A DNA stretch of 64,000 bases, taken from the NCBI RefSeq assembly GCF_006345805.1, contig NC_043003.1, positions 80,414,001 through 80,478,000 of the forward strand. Direction: 5' to 3'. The notes below the pieces were generated by a model. It saw only the letters and a program-made list of their open reading frames with translations, had not been told where the DNA came from and made no database searches. Positions within the stretch are counted from its first letter, which is position 1; each line of letters starts with the position of its first letter. The stretch comes from Octopus sinensis (lineage: Eukaryota). The position numbers and the translations under genes are program-made. Below, piece after piece: positions 12,462-26,658 of this stretch.

Positions 12462-14388
12462 ACATCTACCTATGTATACATATGTACATTTACAATAACA
12501 GTCATGCACACATGCACTACCCATCAACCATAAATGTTTCCCTGTGTAAGTGCCTGTCTGTTCATGCTTTTTATATTCAAAACTATCATAGCAATTTCCC
12601 AACATGCTAAATATATTGTGCAAGATTTAGTCGTTGTTCGCATGTTTTCTTTTCTTTTTGGCTTTTGCAGCCCGAGGTAAATGCCGGGCAAAGAATTCTG
12701 TCTGCTGACCATCTCATCCTTAATTTTTCTTAAACTTTTTCCATTTCAGGTTGGATGATTTGGCGTCTAATTTTAGCATGTTGAGTGAGCTTATAAAATC
12801 ACTCTAATCGGCTCCTCCAGATTTAGTTTGTTCTTAGCAGCAGCATATTCCTTTTATAAGATAATCCATATAAGACATTCATTCAGCTATCTTATTTCTT
12901 CTGTTACTACATATTAACAGAACAGAAGATATGTCTCTGTCTATGTGTGTGTGTGTGTGTGTTTCTATGTATGTATGTATGTATGTATGTATGTATGTAT
13001 GTATCTACATATCTATCTATCTATCTATCTGTCTATCTATCTGCCCGTCTGTCTATTTGTCTGCATCATATATATATGTATATATACCTATTCATTTACA
13101 TATCATTTAATGTGCACGATATAAAGATAAGAATAACTAATAGATTTTTGCTTTGATGACGCATGTCAAGGCAGGTTTTTTTTTTATAACACGCGTGTTA
13201 TAAAAACCTGCTTAGTCCTGCTTTACCAAAGCAAGAAATTGCTAGGAGCTTGTACCATTATACAGTGTACATTAAATAATATTTATCTCACTGGATAGAG
13301 TACGTGATTGTCGATCTTACCCCAACAAAACTGTAATCTCTCTCTGTGTCTCTCTCTGTATATATATATATATATAATATATATATGTGTGTGTGTGTGT
13401 GTATGTATATATGTAGTTTATATCTATATTACCTAAACCTTACATTCTCCTCTTAAGACAGTAAAGCACGATCTGAAAGAAAATTTAGAGGAATGAGCAC
13501 TCATATGGAAGGTTTCATGTTAGATTGTGTAGGTACAAGCCATGCACATTGCACTTAGAGTCATAAAAGTAGTACGAGTTATAATCTGGATTAAATCCAA
13601 TATATACCATATTCTTTTACTCTGTTTTTTCGAAGGACAATCCTTGTGTTAAATTACTATGAATATCTCAAAGTCTAATGTCCGTGGATTCTGCACAGAG
13701 ATAAGAGACTAAAGGGGCCATTTGCCATTTCATGTAACGGAGCAATATTCCAAAAACTTTACGTTCGCTTTTCGACGTGGAAACCGAACTCTGATATTGA
13801 ATGAATACTTACATTGGCTTTATCGTTGGCTCAGATTCCCATTTTCACTTTAGCATATGGGAATATGTTCCAAAGATAAGTCAATACGTAATAACGCCAT
13901 AAAAAGCTAAACACCAAATCAACCGTTTTAGGGGTCATTCATCATTTGAAGTGGCATTTACTGATTTTTATTCATTTCTTTTTCAAAGTTCCATACAATG
14001 ACACTTTCTATTAGAGCAATGTAAATAGTAATTGACCTAAGTGTTTTAATCTGGCAATTCAATAGCCTTAAGAGGCTGTACTGATTATATTAGTAATGCA
14101 ATGTAACAAGAGCCATTTACGCGATATTGATATATCAATGTGCAGTATTAACGATTAACATAATAGAATGTGCAGTACAGCGTTGTCCCCTAGTTTCAAG
14201 AGAGAAGCTTTATACGCATCACAATCATAGAAATATATTAGGTATATAACACAAAACACACAAACACACACATTAGCATACAAAGTACGTTCATGTCTAT
14301 ATATATATATACGCATGTATATATACATACATACATATATACATATACACAACACATATATATAATATGTGTGTATATATATATATGT

Positions 14389-14446
<58 letters not shown>

Positions 14447-14714
14447 GTAATGAATTAATGAATTTTCTGTAGAGGTGTCCGGTTGTTTGATCAAGTAGAG
14501 AATTTACTTGTTGAATGCATATGTGAAGCGGCTCAACATTCCACAATACGTGTATCGTTAATGTAAAATTTGATATAGTTAGCGTTGCCAATTTAAGCAT
14601 AGAAGCTCAGGCTGACCCGGAGTTAGAGTAAATATGAATAAGATGCCATTGTGTGGCATACTACTCGGAACAGCATTATTGCGAAGCAAATTCGTAAATC
14701 GGCCAAACTTGCAC

Positions 14715-14723
14715 CTATCTATC

Positions 14724-14797
<74 letters not shown>

Positions 14798-14985
14798 CAT
14801 CTATCTATCTATCTGTCTGTCTATCTGTCTGTATGTATGTCTGCCTGCCTGTGTGTATTTATGTATGTCTATCTATCTATCTATCTACTTTGTAATTTGT
14901 TTTCTCTGTGTTCAACCCTGTGTGAGTAATAACGAAACATATCCATCTATCAATCTATCTGTCTGTCTATCTATCTAGCTAGGTA
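14715..14985. repeat. (TCTA)n/(TCTG)n microsatellite
   Basis: Directly visible. Confidence 0.95.
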
Positions 14986-17439
14986 GCTATTAGTCTGTCT
15001 ATGTGTCTGATTGAATATATGCCTACATATACGTGTGTATGTGGGCGTATGTTTATATTTACTGTCAACATTTTTCTTGTAAAATCTAATAAATAGATAC
15101 ATATTTCACGGAAACTTTAAGTTCAATGACGAATTGATATTATATACAGCATGAGATAAAATATCACTAGATTCATACACGCTGCACACTTATGCACAAA
15201 TATAGACACAATCACACACATACCAAACACACATGTACGTATAAACTCTTCCTTCGAAAGCAGTACAGTGCAGTGGAATCAGCTATGAACAACTTTTCCC
15301 CGTAAATATTCTGGAGAAGATGTACTAAGCCGGAAATATTGAAATACCAAGTAATAGTATTGACAATTCAATTAAGATTCAGTTGAACTCGGTACTTAAA
15401 TTGAGGCATCTTGTTAGGTCTGAGTAACATGCATACTCAACAATGTTAATTGAATATAGCAGTTGGTGCATAAGTGCCAGCCACATGATATTCTTGCAGT
15501 GTATGAAGACAATAAGTCTCAGCTGAGTGAAGAAATCCGCTCTTAACTAGTCAGGCATGTACTTTATATTTAAAATACTGTCTATAATATTTACGAAGCG
15601 TAGATTCCAGGATAGATGAATAAAATATAAGTGTATAACAAAGGGGTACTGGTTTCAATTCATTACGGTCGTTTCAAACGACTCCTTTCATCGACTAATG
15701 AGAATGTTACATCATTGCAAAGAAACCGTTTTCGTCAGATAAATTCATGATTTTTAAATATACAGGAAAGCTCAACTTATTCAACATAGTTAACAAATTT
15801 ACTGAATAAAAAATATTTACATTGATCCTACTACAATTCAGTTGGCAGAATAGGGTATATTAGGTCAGATCAAAGAAAAAATTAGGGATTATTAGAGTTT
15901 ATATTAAGGGGAGAAAATAATTGATCAAGTGACCCAGTTATCTTATAACAATAGCAGAGGGAATGTCTTTTTATCCCTAGTAATGTGTTTATGTGTACTG
16001 GTCAGTGGTGGGAGAAGCAAATAACAGGTCAACTTACTAAATTATCAGAAGTGATGAGCTCTATGTCGGCTTAATATTCGCAACGTGGAATAATGGAGTG
16101 AGAGATGGTGAGGGGATGACAGTGGGAAGGATAAGATAGAGAAAGCTGAATTTACTTAGATTCATAAGCGTATTAATGACCTTGAGAAATAATGGAATAA
16201 TAATTCTAAAATAAAATGAGGTGGTAATTAAATCACAATAGAAAACAAGTGGGTCTATTACAATTTAGCGTATTTAAAATATTATAGCATTAAAATAAGT
16301 TTAGAAATTAGATATATAGGTGACGAATAAATTATACTTAGAATTATTAGAAGGAAGTGAAGAAAAATAGTATTCAAAAAGTATATAAAGGAGTGTATTA
16401 GATTAAAAAATTTGGAATTTAAGCTCATAAGCTAATAAGGAATATAATGTATTTAAAATATAAGGATATAAGCATAAAATATACGACAAGGTATATAAAA
16501 TATAAACTGCAAATATAAATAATCTTTGAAGAAATATATAAAGTATATATATAAGTATCTAAAAGAATATATTAAAAAATAGTAAAGAATATACAATATA
16601 GAAAAGTATTGAAGTTTAAAAATAAAAATTAAAGAATATAAAATTATAGGAAAAATATAGAAAGATTTTAAGAAACAAAATTAATATAAAAATATATAAA
16701 AAATTAAAAAGGTATATATGTATAAAAAAATCATAAAAAGATCTTTATTAGAAATAAAGAGAGATAGAAATATATATATGAGAATGTAATATAAATAAAG
16801 CTAACAGTATGGAAATGTTTTACAGTTGTAAGGTACACCATAAAATACCCAAAGATAAAGAAAGAATAATAGACCTTAAATGGGTATATATTGTACTTAG
16901 GAAAGGTGCGAAATAAAAAAGAGCGCTAGTAATAAAGGTAAAAACATATGTTTTATCACCATACATGAAAGGCAATGATTTAGGAAATGTGTTGACACAT
17001 ATTGTAATAACTAATAGGATGTAAAATTTCTGGGTTATAACAAATATATTACAAATAAATATTTCCTAGTTTACGTCATAGAATAATCATTTTAAACTCA
17101 AAGTTTATATTAGGTCACGAGAGAGTGTCATAAGTATGATTTGCTAAAGGAATACTAGATCTAGTTGATCATATAAGTATTATTAAAGGTAACCATCAAT
17201 GTGAATGCCGATATGCTAAAAATAATATTTAAACATCTAGTATTTAAAGAGTATAAAAACATTGTCAAAATTTACAATGGATCTTTTTCTGTTTGAATGG
17301 CAGTTTTTAACATAATTTCTAGGTAACTAAAAAAAATTAAACTTCGTATACTGGTCGAATGTGTTTCTAAAACATATTTTTCTCTTGGCGTTATCGAGAA
17401 AATTCTATAGTTTGTAAGATATTTGTTGTTGTTTTTTCT

Positions 17440-17620
17440 TCATTTTCTGAAATTTCAACCAATCAGTGACGTCTATTGAGTTAAAAAGCATTCTGTGCCA
17501 TTTGAATATGTCCCTCGTTTAAGAAACAGATTGGGTTTATTTACATTTGTTAAGAAAAAAAGATACTCTTCCCACACCCATAACCCTAACCCTAACCCTA
17601 AAAGAGATTGAAGATTGATT
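17440..17620 (+). mobile_element. Partial MITE-like element with (CCCTAA)n, related to the 62208-62519 element
   Basis: aaatttcaaccaatcagtgacgtctattgag resembles the TIR start at 62220; three CCCTAA-type units at ~17580-17607. Confidence 0.5.
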
Positions 17621-17859
17621 CTAGGGTCATAATTATGGGTGACAATTTCATATGATACCGTTAGAAAAAACTGCCGTTCAAAACGAAAAGAACCTTTACG
17701 ATGGGTTACAATGATACTGTCGGTGTTATTAATATTATTATATATATTTCTATTTACCTTCAAGTCTTGGATTGTATAACTAGGGGTTATATAATCACCG
17801 TATGAGGGTTGTATGTGAGGTACAGAGGGTGCCTCCGGTGGTCCATATAATTATATATA

Positions 17860-18005
17860 TAGTTATGCAAACATGAACAAAGAGAAAACATAACAACGCG
17901 AGGACGTGGAATATGTATAGTGTTATTGGACGCTCAGGAAAGAAAGAAGTAGGATTTAACGTTTCGAGTGGAGCTCTTCGTTAGAAACATAGAAAAAGGA
18001 AAGGT
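17860..18005 (-). mobile_element. Penelope-like terminal repeat remnant with decayed hammerhead motif
   Basis: Reverse complement of 17957-17984: CTAACGA-A-GAG-CTCCA-CTC-GAAACGTTA; one core change from CTGACGA. Confidence 0.45.
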
Positions 18006-19039
18006 CATATATATATTTTTACTAAACATTTTATCGAATCATTTCTCTCTAAAATGGCAACCTCTACAAGTAATCACTTTCTCTTAAGACTTTAATTTAG
18101 AGAAGCTGAAAAACAATATCATCTACATTCACATTAACAGTTTGGGAAAGCCAGCAGATGTTTTCTGAACATCATTTTTTCTATTGCTCGCTCTAAAAAA
18201 TTGTACTAATATGAATTTCTAACAAAGGCACAACGCAAGAAAGTTTATAGGAGCGCACAATAAGTCAAATAGATTGACCCAGTACTTATCTAGTACTTTA
18301 TTTTATTGCCCCCAGAAACAGAAATGTGAAGTAATGTTGATGCTGCTAACCCTTTCATGACTTAATTTCTGATAGGTAATCTGTTTCAATTAATCTTTAG
18401 TGCCAATTTAGCATACAGTGTACATGGCCATTTGCACTTTAGCATACTATCTAACCCTAATTCTAAACTATAGCTCTAATCTTAACCTAACCAATAACGA
18501 GGCTTGTATACGATGTAAAGGAAAGGAAAACAATATAAACGGATAAAGATTAAATGAATGTTTATGCAGAATATTAAACTTTCAAATGCACGGCAATACA
18601 TATACAGTTTCGGCAGAGGTGCATATAAAAAGTTAACAGGGCAAGTGTAACATACAGTTAACAGGGCAAGTGTAACGCAGGCAAGTAAACAAAAGTTGGT
18701 GAAAATAAATCACGAAATTAACACAAGCAAGTAAACAAAAATAAAATAGAACAGAGTAGTGAAAATAACCACAGGCAGTAAAAAGTATCCAAATGCATTT
18801 AGTAGAGATGACCCGAAAGTTGTTGCTTTTTTAGCTAAATACACGTCACTGATCGGTTAAAATTACCTAAATACGACATCCTAACACGAAATAACTTCTG
18901 GAATACGGAAGTTTGTCAAAAACGTTCACAGTAAACCGTGTTCTACGATAGAAATCCTACAGCATTCGAAGTCTCAAAGTATTTAGTTAAAAAAGATTAA
19001 TGAAAAAATCTGTGATTCAAACTGAATAGATCCTGTATA

Positions 19040-19280
<241 letters not shown>

Positions 19281-19311
19281 TTCACATCCACGCAAGCACA
19301 CGTATGTATTA

Positions 19312-19697
19312 ACTAGCAGTATCGCCCGGCGTTGCACAGGTTTGTAAGGAAAATAACTATAAAGCATTTTTAGAGAGTTATAGCCAAAAAATAGCAAAAA
19401 AATGGAAAAAAATGATGGTAAATTTTTTTTGAGAGTAAAAAACGGTGGAGTTGCGTCCCCTAGACAGTTTGCGGTTTGTGTTTCTGATTCTCGACCCCAT
19501 GTCGAATTTATCGATTTTTTTCAGAACTGGGGGAACTTTTCAAAATTTTCGGTGCGTTAGTTTTGAATTATGACATTGGGCTATGTGTGTGTCAAGTTTC
19601 ATCAGAATCGGTTGAAAGCCGTGGTCAGGGTGAGGGTACAAGCAAACAGACACACAGAAACACGCACAGACAAACTGCCGTTTATATAGAGAGAGAT
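19312..19697 (+). mobile_element. Non-autonomous Helitron/Helentron-type element
   Basis: 5' ACTAG followed by cgcccggcgttgcacagg, internal aagtttcatcagaatcgg, subterminal CAGA/CACA microsatellite, 3' tttatatagagagagat. Same architecture as insect Lep1/DINE-type elements. Confidence 0.65.
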
Positions 19698-20520
19698 GTC
19701 ATACTTTATGTCAAGTAATGTATAAAAGTATTTAATGCTAAACTGATTACCAAAATACGTTAGTCGTGTACATATTTAGTTACTCGTTTGCCTTTATCAG
19801 GATGTGCTTTACTATGGTTGCCTTGGTTGTAATATATTCCTTGGAAAATTGTGGTTTAGTACTGTGGAGCTATAAAGATATTAATTAGGTGCGCTGAATG
19901 TAGACCGGGGAAGTAGTTGCAAATGGGGAAACAGAGGGGCTAGGAGGAATGTATACATTTGTAGTCAGCACAAAAATTATATCAACTTTACTGACAATAA
20001 AAGAGAGATTTTATGATGTGTTAGCAAAACTATGTGCAAGATAAGATTTTCCACATGGTATATAGAATCCTATTACGTAACAATCCTTAAATCATGAATG
20101 CGGACATAAAATGCTTAAACCGATATTCACGATTCTTGAGAAAACTAATGATTTACAGAAAGTTAGTTTTGGATCAGTTGCCAAACGTTTTAGTATCCTT
20201 CATCTCAATTGCTGTTCGGACGGATAGCTGCTGAGGTTTGAAAAAATAAATCCTGTCTCACTCGGCATGCGAATTGAGATTTGATTACATCATTTAGTAT
20301 ATGCATGTATATGCTCATTTTTCATTAGTTGCAATAATGAAAAGTTTCCAGGAAGCGCACTAGTTAAACCAATCAGAAACTGTGTTAAAAAGAAGCTCAT
20401 ACTAGTGATACATATTTTACCAAATATTTCGAAAGTAAAGAAGGTATTTTACCAAACATTTCAAAAGTAAAGATGGTATAAGTCGCGTCCAGCCCACAGG
20501 CTATATATTTCACGCTAGTG

Positions 20521-20750
20521 AAGGCGGCGGGCTGGAAGAAATGTTAGCGCGCTGGGGCGAAATGCTTATCGGTATTTCGTCTGTCGTTACGATCTGAGTT
20601 CAAATTCCGCTGAGGTCGACTTTGCCTTTCATCCGTTCAGGGTCGATAAATAAAGTAACAGTTACGCACTGGCCGATATAACCGACTTAATCCGTTTGTA
20701 TGTCCTTGTTTGTCCCCTCTATGTTTGGCCCCTTGTGGGCAATAAAGAAA
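20521..20750 (+). mobile_element. SINE group A1, first of a tandem pair
   Basis: Full-length match to other A1 copies. Confidence 0.9.
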
Positions 20751-20771
20751 CATATATATTTCACACTAGTG

Positions 20772-21003
20772 AAGGCGGCGGGCTGGCAGAAACGTTAGCA
20801 CGCTGGGCGAAATGCTTATCGGTATTGCGTCTGTCGTTACGATCTGAGTTCAAATTCCGCCGAGGTCGACTTTGCTTTTCATCCTTTCAGGGTCGATAAA
20901 TAAAGTACCAGTTTCGCACTGGGGTCGACGTAATCGACTTAATCCCATTGTCTTTCCTTGTTTGTCCCCTCTATGTTTAGCCCCTTGTGGGCAGTAATGA
21001 AAT
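20772..21003 (+). mobile_element. SINE group A1, second of a tandem pair
   Basis: Shares private variants and 5' flank with the 20521 copy. Confidence 0.9.
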
Positions 21004-24000
21004 ATATATATTTTACACTTCAGACAAAAAGTCTCTCTCCGTAACTTATCCAACTTCATCAGTTTTAACGAGATTTTTACAAATATGTGAGTAATGTCCT
21101 GATTACATTGAGAATGGAATGGAATAGTTGATATTTATACATTGTTAGCAGCAAAAGTGGTTTAAACTCATCTCATAATAACAAATCCAATTTCTCCATT
21201 AAAAAATAGCCTGATGATCTGAAAACTTTATGTGACAAAATGTATCATATAGGTGGAAATTCTATTAGTTCGTTATGAATGAAATGTCACTTTATAATTG
21301 AAATACATGTATAGAATTTATGTACGTAAATAAATGGTGAGAAAATTATATTGATAGAAATATCTTATAAATAAAACTTTTATCAGAAACTTGATTTCTT
21401 CCACACATAAAGATTGAGAATTCGACAATATTTGCTTTATTGTTTTGCTTTGGCATGATACCAAAGAATGTGAATATTCGAAATGTGAAAGCTCGGATCC
21501 TGAGGTAAAATGTTAACTGCTATTTACTTGTTCGGAATCCATATGCGCATCGTATTTAAAAAGGCTGAAGTTTCTATTGATCTCTGGTTTGATCCCTTTA
21601 TTTATAAGTTCCAAAAGAAAAGGAATGCAGTTTTGGATATTCTGCTCAATACACCCAAATATCTATTGTCCATCTACCAAACGATCTCTACTGTATTTCT
21701 TTTTAAAAATTTAGTTTCCCTAATGTCAATAAGAATAGGGTGTATTTCTTAATATCCTTTCAATTTAGTCTCAATTCAAATGCAGAAAATGCTCAATTAT
21801 GGTCGTTGTCTTCATGAACCAAATAAGGGTGGGGGGTATTTTCTCCGTTTGTATGTATTTCCTATGAAATATCATAGAGAAGATAGTTTTTAGTTTATAT
21901 ATATATGTGTGTATGTATGTATGTATGTATGTATATATATATTCACAATGGTCAATTGGAATGAAAAAATGAAGCTTCCATTATTTAACTTCGGTTTTAC
22001 ATAGATTACTGATCCACCGTCTGTATTTGTCAAAGAATGTCTTGCCGTACGTATTTCATATATTATATAGCGGGCTTTATGGTGAATTGCATTAAATGAA
22101 ATAATTATGCTTTTAAGTTGAATTTTCTTAACAAATATAATCATAATTAAGCACATTATTTTCTGTGATTTTTTTCTTTCTGTTCAATTTCAAATCTCAA
22201 TTTCTTAACATAAATTTTAAAAGTGAACATTATGAGACTAACATGATATTTCACTGATAAATAATCGAAACGTAAATAATGCGATACAAACAAAATAAAT
22301 TATTTCATACTTATGCAGCCATATATATCTGTTTCTAATATATTAAGTAAATATGATTATCATCTCAATTGAAGTTTTACTCCATAGTTATTACTTTCAT
22401 GTTGTTTTGTACCAGTTAATGTATTTTTTATATTCGTTAAGATATTCCATACAATGTACCTTTGATTAAATCTTTCAGTGCCAAGGAGTAAATGTTATAA
22501 CATTACTTTATTTGCATACGCAGCGAATAATCAGTGACATAGCATAGTTGCTTGTAACTGATTGTTGAGCTTCATTTTTATGCCATATACTGACAAAAAT
22601 ACCTGTTTCACTCATCCAGACAAGGTCAGTCAAATAGTAAATCTTATTAACTTTAGATTAATTCCGACAGGTTTCTTGAGCTCGAATGATCAAACCAATC
22701 TATACTATTGTACAATCAGAAGCAGGTTTCCATTCATCATCCTTTTTGTGTAGCATGATTCGTGATGTTATGGGAAGAAAATTCACTGCTAATTATACAA
22801 AGTATGGCAGAGAATGGATTGTGTCATTTTGTCCGTTTTGATCAAGTATCTTCAAGTTAGCCAATTCTCCATTTTCAAGGAGATGGATGCATGTACTTAT
22901 TCGCTAGAGATGTTTCATTATAAAATTCCAGTAATCAGTTTTAAAACTATCAGTGCCTCCAGCGATGAGATTTTGTGCTTAATTGCTCATCGCCCATCCA
23001 CCCAGGTAAATTTCGTTCATATTTTCAGGATTTGTTCCTTTGCTGGAGTTGATTGTAATTTGCTTAATATCAATTCTTCTTCTTTGAGAAAGCCAGCAAG
23101 AACGCTGTGATATTCGCATGAAAGCATTGGCTGGTAATGCATTTAATCTAAAGTTTTCCATTGAAGTTTGACATACCTGGCATTTACTTTCCTTAATATG
23201 TATACTCCGGAGAAGTAACGAGTTTTGTTCCTTTGTTGATAATTGTTTCGTATATTTTTCTCGCTTCACCAGACTAGCTTTGACAGTGCTTGAAAGTAAA
23301 ATATCAGAGAGTTTCATTGTTCTAATATAACTTAAATTACATTTTCACACGATTCCCACCGACTGTGAACAAGCTCTGAAATTCTCGTACATGTTAACTA
23401 CGCTTGATTCTCTGTGACATCGTTTGGATTTACTACTTCAAAGAAAGTAAGATGACGATTTCTTGATAAATAACTGTAGATATAGGAAGACAAAACTTTC
23501 ACTCCATGGCTTGAACCAAGTGAAAATGAATAGTAAACACAGCCTCTTTCAATGTCCTCAGACATTTATTCGTTTAGTCATCATTTTTGAGCAGTTATCA
23601 CAATAAATCCAATGCTTTTATTCATGCAAAAATTCTATTTCGTTGAGCACAGATTTTTAATAATCAAAAAGACCCTACGATGAAGAAGTATGTCTGTACT
23701 TTAAAATATAAAAAAGCCACACAACCAAAGCTAAGATTTGTTTCACTAATGCATTTGTACTTTCATCTATTAATATATATGCAACCATTTAATATTTCTA
23801 CTTTTTCGTGGTACGTAATTACATCTTGTATAACACGTAATTTAGTCCTTTTCAAATTTATATCTGTTGCTATTTTATTATCAGGAAATACTCATTTACT
23901 GATATGGACATGGTGATCTATATGTGTGAAAGACATGTGATGCTTTAGAAAAACAAACAATAACAGTCAATTAGCAATTCAGTTTTCATTACTCGTTCGT

Positions 24001-25114
24001 TATACAGGATATTTCTTTTTAAAAAGAATCTAGCTTAATACTAGAACTTGCAGCTGATTTAACTGTTTTATGATTCACAATGCTTTATGAGCTAAAAGCA
24101 TAGATTTGTTTGAATTTTATAGTTGCATTCTGCAATAAATGCATTTGCATGCATCAGGATTGTCAGCATCTGTTGATTAAATTAAGGTTTAAGGCCACCA
24201 AAATCAAACAACTCTTCTAAAAAAATTTTGTATGTCACACTGTCTCAGCTTTGGCGGAGTATGGTGTGCCATTATTAAAGGAGATAAAATATAAAAATAG
24301 AATATATTCAGTACACACTCATAATCTTTATCACTCCACTAAAGTCAAAGAAGTGAATAACACATTTCTAGGTTCTGTAAGAAGTCTCACTGCGCAAGTG
24401 TTCGAAAAAGGTCTCGAAGCATTGCAAACCCATACAGGAATGTTACATATTTGATCTAGAGGTTCACGTGGTTATTATTGAATAGGTATGCTTGTGTTTG
24501 TGTATGTATGCGTAGAACATGATATTAGAAATAGGTATCTAAACGTGTGCAGTTAAAATTAGACATTCCACTTTACAACGTACTTCCATTTTCCTGAAGT
24601 CCTACATATCCTAATCTTAACATAAGAAAAACACGCACAAAAACACACACACACACGCACGCACACACACACATACACACAAAAGCACATATGCACGCAC
24701 ACATGAGGCAATCTTTATTTCTGACTGATGTGGTGCATAAAAACACTCGCATTTATATAAATGACAAAGGAGAGGAGTAGGCTACGGCGACTAGAGCTAC
24801 TAAATACACTTTTAGCTCATCAGTGGTAGCCGTCAGAGATATATTGAAGTTCGGGGTCAATTCAGACACTAATGTCACAAATACACAGGGAGCTCATTAA
24901 CAAACTAATTAATAGCGACAGAAACGTTATTAAAACCAAAAGACATACTTTATCAGCAAATTAACATGGAAGATATGTTAGAAGGCAGAATACTGCGTTG
25001 TCTTAAGAAGACCTCTCTTATATGGACTCCTGGTATATAAAAGCACTCGTATTCATATCGCTGGCAGGTAACCGCCTGTTATGTGTATGTGTGTATACAT
25101 ATATATATATACAT

Positions 25115-25160
<46 letters not shown>

Positions 25161-25185
25161 CATATATATACATATACATACATAT

Positions 25186-25253
25186 ATAAGGGTGCAGTCC
25201 AACTGCGTCCATTGTGAGTGGATTTGGTACACGGAAACTGAAAGAAGCCCATA

Positions 25254-25256
<3 letters not shown>
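25186..25256 (+). mobile_element. SINE group B fragment
   Basis: ttgtgagtggatttggtacacggaaactgaaagaagccc, between TA tracts. Confidence 0.7.
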
Positions 25257-25333
<77 letters not shown>

Positions 25334-26114
25334 AATATATATATATATATGCAGTGTACATTTAAACACATAACAGGTATCCATCATAGGACTACCTGCA
25401 CGCTACAGATGACAATTAAGTTCCAAACCACTATTAGGGGTAAATTTTCGAAGGGAATTAAAAAAGAAAGACATTTACCAACTAACACCTGGACCAATGG
25501 TTTCAGACTTTTTTAGTAAATAAAATAATTTATTTTATTGGTCAAAAAATTCTGTAACTATTTGTCCAGGATACCTCTTATGTGCTTAAATGTACACTGT
25601 ATTTATATGAATAATATATAGTCTATTGACTAAATTTTTACACGCTAGGCCACTGGTAGTGGAAATTTCTAATATTTCAGATTACCCTGTGATATTAATT
25701 GTATATAGGATAATAAACCGAATGGTAGCTTACTGGGAAAGAAGATGGAATATACGAAGATTTATTATTAATCACGATGATTGTTTCGCACATCTAGCGT
25801 TGATTCCTCTAGGTGGAACACTCAACAACTATTTCAGGAGTATCCGGTGGTGCAGATGTATCAGGTCTGGTGATGAATAAATTAATACAACTCGTTAAAA
25901 TGACTGTTCCACAATGTAACTTTCCGTTTTTTATCGAGAAAAACAGCCAGACGGAGGAAGATCAAAAATAATATTGTAGATGACAAAAAGAGAGAAAATT
26001 CTCGTATATTCCATCTTCTGTCTTTCATTTGTTACATATATATATATGTGCGTACGCGCCCGTGTGTATATATGTATCGGCATACATATATGCATATGCA
26101 TGTATATATATTTT

Positions 26115-26346
26115 TTTTCTTTACTACCGACAAGGGGCTAAACACAGAGGAGACAAACAAGGACAGACAAACGGATTAAGTCGATTATATCGACTCCAGT
26201 GTGTAACTGGTACTTAATTTATCGACCTCGAAAGGACGAAAGGCAAAGTCGACATCGGCGGAAATTAAACTCAGAATGTAACGGCAGACAAAATACGGCT
26301 ACGCATTTCACCCGGCGTGCTAACGTTTCTGTCAGCTTGCCGCCTT
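26115..26346 (-). mobile_element. SINE group A1
   Basis: Full-length match. Confidence 0.9.
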
Positions 26347-26393
26347 ATATATATGTATATATATTTATATACATTCACACACGCATGCACACA

Positions 26394-26424
<31 letters not shown>

Positions 26425-26438
26425 CATACATATATATG

Positions 26439-26658
26439 TTTCTTTATTGCCCACAAGGGGCTAAACACAGAGGGGACAAACAAGGACAGACAAACGGATT
26501 AAGTCGATTATATCGACCCCAGTGCGTAACTGGTACTTATTTAATCGACCCCGAAAGGATGAAAGGCAAAGTCGACCTCGGCGGAATTTGAACTCGGAAC
26601 GTAACGGCAGACGAAATACGGCTATGCATTTCGCCCGGCGTGCTAACGATTCTGCCAG
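26439..26658 (-). mobile_element. SINE group A1
   Basis: Near full-length match, separated from the previous copy by a TA/CA microsatellite. Confidence 0.9.

Noticed and set aside
21210-21230. CTGATGA-TCT-GAAA hammerhead-like core
   Set aside because: No room for stem II.
22500-23650. 112-aa ORF and YCDNCSK motif suggesting a Sola-like transposase or Helitron helicase
   Set aside because: One short motif, no TIRs or Walker A; needs a profile search.
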